This document shows, piece by piece, positions 10,901-19,467 of a DNA stretch of 64,000 bases. The stretch comes from Candidatus Eiseniibacteriota bacterium (GTDB lineage: Bacteria > Eisenbacteria > RBG-16-71-46). A program made the translations under genes and the position numbers. The notes under the pieces were generated by a model, which worked only from the letters and a program-made list of their open reading frames with translations, had not been told where the DNA came from and did no database searches. The stretch spans positions 12,040 through 76,039 of the forward strand of contig JACRPT010000145.1 of NCBI GenBank assembly GCA_016223045.1, written 5' to 3'. How positions within the stretch are numbered: the stretch's first letter is position 1; every line of letters starts with the position of its first letter.

Positions 10901-12317
10901 GCCGGTGAGCGACGTGCCTGCGCCGGCCGACCAGGGCACGTTCCAGAGCGTGAACGTCTCGCTCGACCCCGGGCTCCACTACTACTTCCGGCTGGTGAGC
11001 TACGACGACCACGTGGCGCCGGCGAACCGCTCGCTGCTCAGCAACGACCTCAGCTTCATCGCTCTGGGCTGCGACGGCGCACTGTACGGCGGCAGCGGCA
11101 GCGGCGGCCGCGGGGCCTCCTTGCAATCCGCCGGCCGGCTGGGGCCGAGCGCGCTGCAGCAGCAGGGCAGCGGCTTCGCCGAGAACTCGCTGCTCCCCGG
11201 CCAGCCCGCAGAGACGACCGCGACCGACCTGCTGCGCCTGGAGGCCGCCCCGCAGCTCGCCGACGGCCGCTACCAGGTCCACCTGCGCCGCGGCGTCACG
11301 GGCTCCTCGCGACTCGACCGGGTGCGCCTCGTCGCGCTCGATCGCTCCGGCGCGGGCACCGCCTTTGTGCTCCCGGGCAGGGCCCTGCTGGGAGCGCCGC
11401 TGGCGGCGGCCAGCGTCACGCGAGCCGACCGCACCGACCTCACCGCTCAGGCCACCGGCGGCGATGTCGGCGCGTACCAGGCCGCGGCCGGCGAGACGCT
11501 GCTCGTCAGCCTGCCGCTGGCGGAAGGTGAGTCAGCGGCCGACCTGGCTGCCCGCCCGCTGCTGCTGCGCGCCGTGGACGGCGCCCCGCAGAGCGACCCG
11601 GCCTCGATCGGCATCCTGATCCAGGTGCCGGACGGTGCCGGCGGCTGGCGCACGGTTGCCCATCGGGCCGCGCGCCAGCGCTTCGCCGAGCTGCCGGTGG
11701 ACTCGATCGGCAGCGCCACGGTGCGCCTGGTGTTCCTGAGCGATCAGGCGGTGAGCTTCGTGGGGCGGATCGGACCCGCGAGCGGCACGCTCGCCACGCA
11801 GGCGATGTCCCCCGCGACGGCGCAGCACTCGCGACTCGGAGCGCTCGATCCCGCCGCACTCGTGGCGGGCGGGGCCGGCGTCACGCTGGCCGCCCAGGAC
11901 ACGCTCGTGCTCGGGTTCGACGCCGGCACCCCCGCCGCCGGCGACACCCGCGACTGGTACCTGGAGGTCACCGGCGAGCACCTGGCGGGGCCATCGCAGA
12001 GTCAGCAGCGCCTCGCGCCGCGAGCGGAAGGCCTGCCCCGGACCTTCGCCCTCGGCCAGAACCGGCCCAACCCGTTCACCGGGACGACCACCATCCACTT
12101 CGACCTGCCCGTGGCCGCGCGGGTGCGCCTCGAGGTGTTCGACCTGCAGGGCCGCCGCGTGCGCCGGCTCCTGGACGCGCAGCTCGAAGCCGGGCGCCAT
12201 CAGGCCGACTGGGACCGCCGCGGCGCCGAGGGGACTCTCCTCCCCGCGGGCGTCTACCTCTGCCGCATGCAGGCCGGCACCTTCCACGACGAGAGGACCA
12301 TGGTCGTCTTCCCGTAG
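7911..12317 (+). CDS. Giant (1469 aa) secreted galactose-oxidase/glyoxal-oxidase-like radical copper oxidase: expanded Kelch propeller + DUF1929 + FN3-like + FlgD-Ig/T9SS-type C-terminal domain.
   Basis: DIFCAGHAHLRDGRILIAGGH corresponds to the Cys228 thioether region of galactose oxidase. RGYHNNALLMPDGRVLCASGS corresponds to the Tyr495-His496 copper ligands. RAGSSTHGFDQDQRYLPL corresponds to the DUF1929 His581 region. The C-terminus NRPNPFTGTTTIHFDL...VFDLQGRRV...AGVYLCRMQAG is a FlgD-Ig sorting domain. The start was moved to the ATG at 7911 (GGAGG RBS), because the 5' part of the track ORF overlaps the divergent gene. Confidence 0.75.
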   Translation: MRSAIPGTGEPAAALGHTVQRFLLLVCLLTLLPPSAIPSPPQPHHPGKWTGTVSWGNAAVHLVLLPGDSTHSSVLWWRGDEPAGRFGGLWRWEPPNDASVNAGNYPTSSFTDRPLPEPPYDIFCAGHAHLRDGRILIAGGHETGRSETGSDSSVIFNPKSLVSPWQVQPKLAYRRWYPTTTVLASGEVLTLSGTQYQHLDVFGGFDAAGQTSDSLRRFGIANHTDWDAAVKPDEDPYAPSPPRRPDALEGLTMVDGYGTGAYELVYGGRRATGGGQYAYSDLLWFLYKNPNEGAPDYQYGWRKWMNQSADRPDPCAFHAAVKLDNGDLVVIGGLKEFQGVVTVSSEVWYGKLDPSDNVWKWNHVYSTTADSLGPRYAHEAVYDSALKRIFVFGGASTQGSDPADADVWSLSTDPPLSGKTTRWIRCAAVNGERPNPRVQHSLAMDARRRKNATEGERLRALLYGGRRSWSAAPFSDTLWVAWFKDSATVEWQRQTTPAAGPGKRARHAGVMHPYSDRFFIAGGDLSGLALPDSAVWVGSTYCTTCDNAPVSWSQAPSMVRGRAGHRAGAVVSDVIARVPEVFDPGSGTTGSWTTHAQSPRLQDWYPFMFQLPAAVAGGSRKVFFAGPEDSSFVLDLGASPAAWSPFPANANATFGKRGGSGVMYRIGKVMKSGSRDTELPPQFATDTTMSVDLGESGPSWKLSVNDMGFRRVNHDLVLLPTGEVLTTGGTRWVDNTANQDPNHQPELWNPDYTDPGAPDRRGYWYGTSGPIVLDSTSATRGYHNNALLMPDGRVLCASGSFDGGLWSYTADLYSPPYLFNSDGTTRTRSAILGTRGRLAHGDTFSVVVDSTNVSFVLLRAGSSTHGFDQDQRYLPLADYYASPPLTTPPRRTLRIPAAADSLPPGPYLLFAVKPWGTPSIARWLMIGSPPADDDWGDRTRPGLVGNLSKVFLCPDYQIRWTAPADDSTWRVTGRAVSYDLRYANSPINTWTDFQNATPVSDVPAPADQGTFQSVNVSLDPGLHYYFRLVSYDDHVAPANRSLLSNDLSFIALGCDGALYGGSGSGGRGASLQSAGRLGPSALQQQGSGFAENSLLPGQPAETTATDLLRLEAAPQLADGRYQVHLRRGVTGSSRLDRVRLVALDRSGAGTAFVLPGRALLGAPLAAASVTRADRTDLTAQATGGDVGAYQAAAGETLLVSLPLAEGESAADLAARPLLLRAVDGAPQSDPASIGILIQVPDGAGGWRTVAHRAARQRFAELPVDSIGSATVRLVFLSDQAVSFVGRIGPASGTLATQAMSPATAQHSRLGALDPAALVAGGAGVTLAAQDTLVLGFDAGTPAAGDTRDWYLEVTGEHLAGPSQSQQRLAPRAEGLPRTFALGQNRPNPFTGTTTIHFDLPVAARVRLEVFDLQGRRVRRLLDAQLEAGRHQADWDRRGAEGTLLPAGVYLCRMQAGTFHDERTMVVFP

Positions 12318-12459
12318 GGACCTCACGGCGGGTGACGCTGGCCGTGCGTCGAGAGAATCCCGGCGCTGGCGACCGTCCTCTCGCTGAGCCGGCAGGAAGA
12401 GCGACGAGGCGACCGCCCCAGCACAGGGGCGGTCGCCTCGATTCCACTTGCCTGCTACA

Positions 12460-15054
12460 TCACCTGACCAGCGCCGCCTTCGCGCTCACCGCGCGGCCGC
12501 CCTGCGTGAGGCGCACGACGTACATGCCGGCCGGCATCACCGCCGCGCCGCTCAGGCGCACCAGGTGGTTGCCGGCGCCGAGCGTGCCGACTTCGCGGCG
12601 GAACACGCGCCGCCCGCCCACGTCCATCACCTCGAGCCACGCGGGTGAGGCGCCGGGAAGCGAGAACGCGACCAGCGCCTCGCCGGGCGCCGGGTTCGGA
12701 CGGAAGCCCCGGAGTGCGAGCGCGAGCGTGGCCGGTACGTCCACCCACACCTCGCCCGCCGGCGTCTCGCCCGAGCCGCCGGACACGCCGAGCCGGTAGC
12801 CGTAGCGGCGGCCGGCCACGACGTCGCGGTCCACGAACCGCAGCATGCCGCTGCCGTCCACGCCGGCGCGGCCGAGCACGGCCCAGTCACCGCCCTCCTC
12901 GCGCCGATAGACGTTCGCCTCGCCGCCGGGCACGCTCACGTACCACGCCAGCTCGACGCGATCCGGCTCGGCGCGCGCGCTGACCAGCGAGGCGAGCGCG
13001 GCGGTGGTGCGGTCGAGCTGCAGCACCCACGAGTCGTCCATGCGCCAGCAGCAACCGTCGTTGATCACCAGCCGGTAGCGCTCGAGGTCGAAGCCGCCCG
13101 CCAGGTCGAAGCGACCGGGCGGGACCGTCGTGCCGACGGCGAGCAGCTTCCAGACCGGGGCGCCGTTGAGCTCGAGCGCGTAGGTGTCGCTGGTGCCGCT
13201 GTAGCCTCCGGTATCGCCGCCGTAGACCAGCATGCGGTGGCCGAGCGAGTCGTACGCCGCGACCGCGCCGCGGCGCGGCGTGGGAAGAGTGCCGGTGGGC
13301 GCGAGCTGGGTCCACGGCGGCGTGCCCGACAGCGCCAGCTCCCACAGCTCGTCCAGCGGGCCCGAGTTGTCGCCGCCGAAGATCAGCATGCGGTCGTTGA
13401 TCGGGTCGTAGATCGCCGCGCTCTTCGCGCGCGGGCCCGGCGGCGTGCCGAGCGGAACGATCTCGCTCCAGGTCGGGCTGCCGGAGAGGTCGAGCGCCCA
13501 CCCGTCGTTGCCCGGCCCGCCCCAGCCGCCGAAGACCAGCATCCGGTCGCGCGTCGCGTCGTAGACCATGCTGCATTCCATGCGCGAGGGCGGCACCGGC
13601 CCGGCGGGCGCGAGCTGGCTCCACACCGGCGCGCCTGCGAGCGCGAGCGCCCATACCCCGCTCGGCGAGGACACGCTGTCGCTGCCCCCGTAGAGCAGCA
13701 TGCGGGCGCGCACCGGGTCGTAGAGCAGCCGATGGCCCCAGCGAATCCCAGGCAGGCTGCCGGTGGGCGCCAGATCGCTCCACGTGGGAGAGCCCCCGAG
13801 CGCGAGCGCCCAGGTGTCGCCGAGAACGCTGGCGCCCGTCATGCCGCCGTAGATCACCAGGCGGTTGCGCGGCGGGTCGTAGATCCCCGCGTGCTGGTTG
13901 CGCGGCTCCGGCCGGCGCGTTCCCAGCTCGCTCCAGCGCACCGTGTCGCCGAGCGCGAGCGCCATCACCAGGTCCGGCGGCGCGGTGCCCATGGTGTCCT
14001 GGCCGCCGTAGAGGACCATGCGCTGGCGCGGCGCGTCGAAGATCCCGCTCGCGTCCCCCCGCGTGGCGGGCGGTGTGCCGAGCGGAACCAGCTCGGTCCA
14101 TGCGGGCGCTGCCAGATCGAGCGCCCACACGTCGTTGAGGTTGCCGCCGGTCGCGGGATCGCTGATGCCGGTCGAGATCACCATGCGGTCGTTCGCCCGG
14201 TCGTAGACCGTGACGCCGACGGCGCGCGCGGGCGGCGGCCCGCCGGAAGGCGCGAGCAGGGTCCAGGCCGGGCTCGCGCCCAGCGTCATCTGCCAGACGT
14301 CGCCCAGCATGACGCCGTTGTAGCCGCCGTAGACCACCATGCGGTCGCGCGCGGGGTCCACGATCGTCATCTGCCCGGCGATCGAGTCGGGCGAGACGCC
14401 GGTCGGGAGCAGCTCGGTCCAGGTGGGCGTGACGCCGAGCGTCAGCTCCCAGACGTCGGAGAGCAGGCCGGTGGGCGGCCCGTTGGCGCCCGGCACCTGC
14501 GCGCCGCCGTGGACGATGAGGCGGTTGCGCAGCGAGTCGTAGACCGCCGACTGGTAGACGCGCGCGGCGGGCAGCCCGCCGGCCGGCGCGAGCTGCTGCC
14601 AGGCGAGCGGCAGCACGCCCAGCGGCAGGACCCAGACGTCGTTGTAGGAGGTGGTGGAGTCGGACGCGCCGGCGAAGACGACCAGGCGGTCGAGCGCCGG
14701 GTCGTAGATCGTCGAGGGGCCCCAGCGGGCGGCCGGCCTGGTCCCGGTGACCGCCAGCAGCGACCACGCCGGCGACCCGGCCAGCCCGAACTCCCACACG
14801 TCGTTGGTGGGCGACATGCTCGTGCCGCCGAAGACCAGCATGCGCTGGCGCACCGGGTCGAAGATCGCGCCGTGCTGGTTCAGGGCCGGCGGCGGCAGCT
14901 GGTACCAGTAGCCGTCGTCCGAGGCGCTGGCCCGGGACGCGGCGGGCGACCTGCCGGAGACCCACGCGAGAGAACTCGAGACGGAGACGAGAAGGAAGAG
15001 GAGACCGGACAGGACCGCGCCGATCCTCGGCGCTGCGTTGCGGAGGCATCGCAT
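12460..15054 (-). CDS. Secreted multi-blade Kelch-repeat beta-propeller protein with a FlgD-Ig/T9SS-type C-terminal domain.
   Basis: About 12 repeats of the form GG.....NDVW.L.L.G.P.W..L.P.G..P..R......YD....R.(L/M)..FGG. The C-terminus reads LRGFRPNPAPGEALVAFSL...EVMDVGGRRV...GAGNHLV...GMYVVRLTQGG. Start set at the ATG at 15054 (MRCLRNAAP..., GGGAGGG RBS). Confidence 0.7.
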   Translation of the reverse strand: MRCLRNAAPRIGAVLSGLLFLLVSVSSSLAWVSGRSPAASRASASDDGYWYQLPPPALNQHGAIFDPVRQRMLVFGGTSMSPTNDVWEFGLAGSPAWSLLAVTGTRPAARWGPSTIYDPALDRLVVFAGASDSTTSYNDVWVLPLGVLPLAWQQLAPAGGLPAARVYQSAVYDSLRNRLIVHGGAQVPGANGPPTGLLSDVWELTLGVTPTWTELLPTGVSPDSIAGQMTIVDPARDRMVVYGGYNGVMLGDVWQMTLGASPAWTLLAPSGGPPPARAVGVTVYDRANDRMVISTGISDPATGGNLNDVWALDLAAPAWTELVPLGTPPATRGDASGIFDAPRQRMVLYGGQDTMGTAPPDLVMALALGDTVRWSELGTRRPEPRNQHAGIYDPPRNRLVIYGGMTGASVLGDTWALALGGSPTWSDLAPTGSLPGIRWGHRLLYDPVRARMLLYGGSDSVSSPSGVWALALAGAPVWSQLAPAGPVPPSRMECSMVYDATRDRMLVFGGWGGPGNDGWALDLSGSPTWSEIVPLGTPPGPRAKSAAIYDPINDRMLIFGGDNSGPLDELWELALSGTPPWTQLAPTGTLPTPRRGAVAAYDSLGHRMLVYGGDTGGYSGTSDTYALELNGAPVWKLLAVGTTVPPGRFDLAGGFDLERYRLVINDGCCWRMDDSWVLQLDRTTAALASLVSARAEPDRVELAWYVSVPGGEANVYRREEGGDWAVLGRAGVDGSGMLRFVDRDVVAGRRYGYRLGVSGGSGETPAGEVWVDVPATLALALRGFRPNPAPGEALVAFSLPGASPAWLEVMDVGGRRVFRREVGTLGAGNHLVRLSGAAVMPAGMYVVRLTQGGRAVSAKAALVR

Positions 15055-15354
15055 GAGGAAACCCTCCCTAGGTTTCCGAGGGAAGCGCACTGCGCCGCGT
15101 CCCTCGAGTCTGGCGTGCAACTGTGCTGCGGATACCGTGGGGTTGAAGCGCGGTCAAGGTAGACCGTGCGGCAGCGGCGGTCAACGAGACAGCCCGGGCC
15201 CGCCGCGCTGTTCACTGCGGTAGGCCCGCCACAGCGGTCCCCCGCACATGCGCTGGTACGAAGGATCGGCCCGGGCCATTCGCCGGCCGCGCCGCGCGCC
15301 GCGGCAGACCGCGATCGGCCCGCGTTCCCAGCAGCGGCCGGCGCACCGTCCCGA

Positions 15355-16752
15355 CTACTCCATCTCCTTCACCTCGATCGGGCCGAGGCCCGCGAGCGAC
15401 TCCTGCGCGGTCTTCGGGTTCGAGACCACCAGCAGCTTCAAGTCGTCGGTGCAGAAGCGCTCCTTCAGGACGCGCTTCACGTCGGCCATCGTCACGCCCT
15501 CGACACGGCTGGTGTAGGTCTCGATGAAGTCCGGCGGGAGGCCGTAGAACTCCACCGTCGCGAGCTGGGCCGCCAGCGCGTCGGGCGCCTGCAGCCCGAG
15601 CGGGTACTGGCCGGTCAGGTAGCGCCTGGCCTTCGCCAGCTCCTGCTCGGTCGGGCCCTGGTCCACCAGCTGCTTCACCACGCCGAGGGTCGCGTCCACC
15701 GCCTTCCGCAGCTTCTCGTTGCGCGTGAACGTGCTGATGGTGAACGTGCCGGCGTTGCGGTACATGCCCCAGCGGCTCGAGATGCCGTAGGTGAGGCCCT
15801 GGTTGACGCGGATCTCGTTCACCAGCCGCGAGGTGAACCCGCCGCCCAGGATGGTGTTCGCGACCGTGATGGCGAAGTAGTCGGGGTGGTTGCGGGGCAC
15901 CCCGCCGCACGCCAGCCGGATCTGGCTCTGCGTGACCTCGGGCTTGCTCACGATGAGCACCCTGCGCCCGCCGTCGCGCGGGAGCGGCGCGTAGGCGTCG
16001 GCCGGCTTCTCGCCCGAGGGCTTCCAGTCGGAGAACGCCTTCCCGAGCGCGGCGAGTACGGCCTTCGCGTCCACGTCGCCCACCACGGCGAGGATGCAGC
16101 GATCGGGCACGAGGAAGCGTTTGTGGAACGCGACCGCGTCGTCGCGCGTGAGCGCCCCGACCGTCCGGGCGTAGCCGATCACCGGGTGGGCGAGCGGGCT
16201 CTCCCCCATCAGGAACGGGCCCAGCTCGTTGTTCGCGACCGTGCCCGGATCGTCCTTCTGCGCGGCGATCGCGCCCAGCGTCTCGCTCTGCTTGCGCTTG
16301 AACTCCGCCTCCGGGAAGGTGGGCTGCACGATCACGTCGTGGAACATCCCGAGCCCGGTGGCGAAGTCCTTACCGAGCACTTCGCAGGTCACCACCGCCT
16401 GCTCGATCGAGGCCGTGGCGTCGAGCGCGCCGCCCACGAAGGCGATGTCCTCGGCGATCTGGCGCGCATCGCGCCGGCCCGCGCCCTGCGTGAGCAGCTC
16501 GGCGGTGAGGCCGGCGAGCCCTTCCCTGCCGGCCGGGTCGTTCACCGCGCCCGCGCGCGCCACCAGCCGGAACTCCACCAGCGGGAGCCGGCGGGCCGGC
16601 ATCACGATCACGGTGAGCCCGTTCTCGAACGTGGTCTTCGTGTGCGCCGGCAGCCGGAACGTGGCGGCGCCCGCCGGCGCGGCGAACGCCGCGGCACAGG
16701 CGGCCAGCAGGAGCCGGCGGAACATCGGGCGTGCTTTCCGGGCGGAGGTCAT
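15355..16752 (-). CDS. M16-family (pitrilysin/insulinase-like) peptidase subunit lacking the HxxEH motif; probable non-catalytic partner.
   Basis: M16 fold signature and signal peptide (MTSARKARPMFRRLLLAACAAAFAAPAGA), but no HxxEH zinc motif. Its start ATG overlaps the upstream M16 stop as ATGA. Confidence 0.7.
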   Translation of the reverse strand: MTSARKARPMFRRLLLAACAAAFAAPAGAATFRLPAHTKTTFENGLTVIVMPARRLPLVEFRLVARAGAVNDPAGREGLAGLTAELLTQGAGRRDARQIAEDIAFVGGALDATASIEQAVVTCEVLGKDFATGLGMFHDVIVQPTFPEAEFKRKQSETLGAIAAQKDDPGTVANNELGPFLMGESPLAHPVIGYARTVGALTRDDAVAFHKRFLVPDRCILAVVGDVDAKAVLAALGKAFSDWKPSGEKPADAYAPLPRDGGRRVLIVSKPEVTQSQIRLACGGVPRNHPDYFAITVANTILGGGFTSRLVNEIRVNQGLTYGISSRWGMYRNAGTFTISTFTRNEKLRKAVDATLGVVKQLVDQGPTEQELAKARRYLTGQYPLGLQAPDALAAQLATVEFYGLPPDFIETYTSRVEGVTMADVKRVLKERFCTDDLKLLVVSNPKTAQESLAGLGPIEVKEME

Positions 16753-18140
16753 GGCGTCACCTCCGCCGCGTCGCCTTCCTTCTCGGGGACCAGGCTGACG
16801 ACGGTGCGCTTCGTGGGGTCGAAGACCTGCTTCGCGACGCGCCGGCAGTCTTCGGCCGTGACCGCGCGCACCTTCGCGAGCTGATCGAACATGGCGCGCC
16901 AGTCGCCGAGCACATGCTCGTAGTAGCCGATCTGCGAGCCCATCCCGTTGTTCGTCTTCATGCGCCTGACGAATCCCGCCTCGATCAGGTTCTTCGCCTT
17001 CTCGAGCTCGCGCGCCGACGGCCCTTCCTTCGCGAGCCGGTCGAGCACTTCGTAGACCGCGGCTTCGCCGTCGGCCGCCGCCCTGCCGGGCTTGAGCTCG
17101 ACGTAGACTTCGAACAGGCCCGGGTCGAGATGAGTCTGGAAGCTCGCCGACGCGCCGAGCGCGATCTGCTTCTCGTAGACCAGGGCCTGGTGGAGCCGCG
17201 ACGACTCGCCGGCCGACAGGATGCGCTCGAGCACGTCGAGCGTCGCCAGGTCCGCGCTCTTCACGCCCGGCGCCTTGTAGCCCATGTCCACCGAGACGTT
17301 CTGCGCCGGGTAGTGGACCTCCGCGCGCCGCTCGCCCTTCTGCTCCGGCTCGCCGACGATCGGCTCGGGCGGCGCGGGCTGGCGCGGGATGCCGCCGAAA
17401 TAGGCCCGGATGCTGTCGAGCGCCGCCCTGGTCTCGAAGTCGCCCACCAGCACCAGGATGCAGTTGTCGGGCGCGTAGTGGATGCGGAAATACTCGACCA
17501 TGTCGTCGCGCGTGATCGCGTTCAGGTCCGCCATCCAGCCGATCACCGGCCAGTGGTACGGCGCCTGGTCGAACGCGCTGGCGTAGAGCTGCTCGTCGAG
17601 CATCCCCTGGATGTCGTTGTCGGTGCGCAGCCGGCGCTCCTCCTTGACCACCTCGATCTCGCTCCTGAGCTGATCGGGCAGCAGCGAGAGCGCCGCCATG
17701 CGGTCGGAGTCGAGGCGCAGCACCACGCCCAGCCGGTCGGAAGCGATGTCCTCGTAGTACGCCGTCATGTCGCGGTCGGTGAAGGCGTTCGAGTAGCCGC
17801 CGTTCGACTCGAGGATGCGGTCGTACTCCTTGGGCGGGACGTCCTTCGAGCCGTTGAACATCATGTGCTCGAAGAAGTGCGAGATCCCGGTGATGCCCGG
17901 CCGCTCGTTGCGCGAGCCCACCCGGTACCACTGCCAGAACGTGATGGTCGGCACCGAGTGGTCCTCGTGCGTGAGGACGACCAGGCCGTTGTCGAGCACG
18001 TGGCGCTCGACCTGCAGCAGGTCGGGCGTGAACGCGGGCGCCGCGGGCGCCGGCGTCGCGGGCTTGCCCGCCGCGAGCGCCGGCGATGCGGCCGCGAGCG
18101 CCAGCGCGAGCGCGAACGCTGCGCGCGATGCGAGTCTCAT
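16749..18140 (-). CDS. M16-family zinc metallopeptidase, catalytic subunit.
   Basis: Inverzincin motif HFFEHMMFNGS (HxxEH) plus a downstream E. Signal peptide present. Confidence 0.8.
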   Translation of the reverse strand: MRLASRAAFALALALAAASPALAAGKPATPAPAAPAFTPDLLQVERHVLDNGLVVLTHEDHSVPTITFWQWYRVGSRNERPGITGISHFFEHMMFNGSKDVPPKEYDRILESNGGYSNAFTDRDMTAYYEDIASDRLGVVLRLDSDRMAALSLLPDQLRSEIEVVKEERRLRTDNDIQGMLDEQLYASAFDQAPYHWPVIGWMADLNAITRDDMVEYFRIHYAPDNCILVLVGDFETRAALDSIRAYFGGIPRQPAPPEPIVGEPEQKGERRAEVHYPAQNVSVDMGYKAPGVKSADLATLDVLERILSAGESSRLHQALVYEKQIALGASASFQTHLDPGLFEVYVELKPGRAAADGEAAVYEVLDRLAKEGPSARELEKAKNLIEAGFVRRMKTNNGMGSQIGYYEHVLGDWRAMFDQLAKVRAVTAEDCRRVAKQVFDPTKRTVVSLVPEKEGDAAEVTP

Positions 18141-18342
18141 GGGAACCCCCTGCGCGTGAAGGGAACGGAAGGAGCCGGAAGCGAACGGACTCTAGCCGCG
18201 GCTGCGCGGGGGCGGCAAGCCGGCACCGACGAGTGCGGCTCCGGGGGTCACAGGCGAGCCCGGACGAACCTGCTCCGCGGGGAAGATGCGCGGCGCCCGG
18301 GGCCTCGGCGGGGAGGCCCCGGGCGCTCGCACGCCCGCCGCA

Positions 18343-19467
18343 TCACTCCTGGTCGCCGCCCCCTGCCCCCCGGCTCCACACCTCTCCCGACCACTCGAGG
18401 GAGAGCCCCACCTGGCTCACGCGGTAGCTGCCCGGATCGAACGTGGGCCGCGCGTTCGGGCCCATCGTCGCGGCGTTGTCCTCGTGGCGGAAGAAGCCGC
18501 GCGCCGAGAAGTGCGGGCGGTAGTGCGCGCGCAGCCCCACCTCGACCGCGTTGAGCAGGTCGCTGCGCCCGAAGTGATTCGCGTCGGCGGGCCGGTCGGA
18601 GTCGAAGTGGCGCGTGGCCAGCTGGTAGCCGACATCGCCCGTCAGCCGCCACGCCTTGCCGCGCGTCAGCTCGGCGCGGCCGCGCACGCCGGCGACGAAG
18701 CCGCTGTAGCTCAGGTCCTGGTCGTCGGGCGTGACGCCCGGTACCTCGTCGGCGTCCGCAGCCTTCGCCCGGCTCACGCGGTAGCCGCCCTCCAAGTCCA
18801 CGCTCCCGCGCGCGGGCAGACGGTTGAAGCCCAGGGCCAGCTCCCCCTGGTGCAGGTTCGCATCCCGCTCGACGAAGGCATCATCGTACGCGCGACCCTC
18901 ATAGCGGTAGCCGACCCCGATGTCGGTGTTCTTCGTGAGCCGCTGGTCCCAGCTCACGGTGCCGATCTGGAGCCGGAACGTGGCGCGGCGGTAGCGCGTC
19001 TGGCCCGGCACCAGCGGCAGGTCCTCGTCGAAGAGCTGGCGCAGGTAGTACCGGGGCAGGGTGAACCAGCCCAGCGAGAGCCGGCGGCCGCGCGCCCACG
19101 ATTCGCGCCACAGGACGCTCACCGAGCGGTAGTCCGCGGTGGCATTGCGGTCGTGGAAATCGCCTTCGCCCCTGAGCCGCAGCGCGTGCCTCCGGCCGTG
19201 CCCGGCGTCGCTCTCCCAGGTGAGCGCGAGCGAGGGGTTGAGGACCAGGTCGCCCTTGCTCGCGATCGAGAAGTGCGTGGGCTTGCTGCCCGAGTCGAAG
19301 ACGGTGAGCAGCGTATCCGAGTACTGGAGGATGTTGTCGTCGTAGGTGGTCGAGAGCCCGGTCGTGAGGCTGAGGCTCTGCCCGGCGGCCCGGGCGGGCG
19401 CGGCGAGGGCGGGCGATAGGGCGAGCACCATCAGCAGAACGGGCACGGCACGTCCTCGAGTCGTCAT
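18343..19467 (-). CDS. Putative outer-membrane beta-barrel protein; last gene of the pgs-like operon.
   Basis: Signal peptide MTTRGRAVPVLLMVLALSPALAAPARA. Alternating amphipathic beta-strand patterns with abundant Y/W/R/D/G are typical of OM barrels. Its start ATG overlaps the upstream stop as ATGA. Confidence 0.5.
   Translation of the reverse strand: MTTRGRAVPVLLMVLALSPALAAPARAAGQSLSLTTGLSTTYDDNILQYSDTLLTVFDSGSKPTHFSIASKGDLVLNPSLALTWESDAGHGRRHALRLRGEGDFHDRNATADYRSVSVLWRESWARGRRLSLGWFTLPRYYLRQLFDEDLPLVPGQTRYRRATFRLQIGTVSWDQRLTKNTDIGVGYRYEGRAYDDAFVERDANLHQGELALGFNRLPARGSVDLEGGYRVSRAKAADADEVPGVTPDDQDLSYSGFVAGVRGRAELTRGKAWRLTGDVGYQLATRHFDSDRPADANHFGRSDLLNAVEVGLRAHYRPHFSARGFFRHEDNAATMGPNARPTFDPGSYRVSQVGLSLEWSGEVWSRGAGGGDQE

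Noticed and set aside
7917-11282. Minus-strand ORFs 7917..9230 and 9318..11282 antisense to the galactose-oxidase-like gene.
   Set aside because: Antisense to a gene with clear family motifs. Translations are RGA-rich with no domain features.
12887-15162. ORFs 12887..15049 (minus, 720 aa) and 13237..15162 (plus, 641 aa) overlapping the Kelch gene.
   Set aside because: The Kelch frame has a signal peptide, periodic repeats and a sorting domain. The others are Arg/Ala/Gly-rich low-complexity frames.
16731-18554. 607-aa plus-strand ORF antisense to both M16 peptidases.
   Set aside because: Antisense to genes carrying an HxxEH motif and signal peptides. No features.
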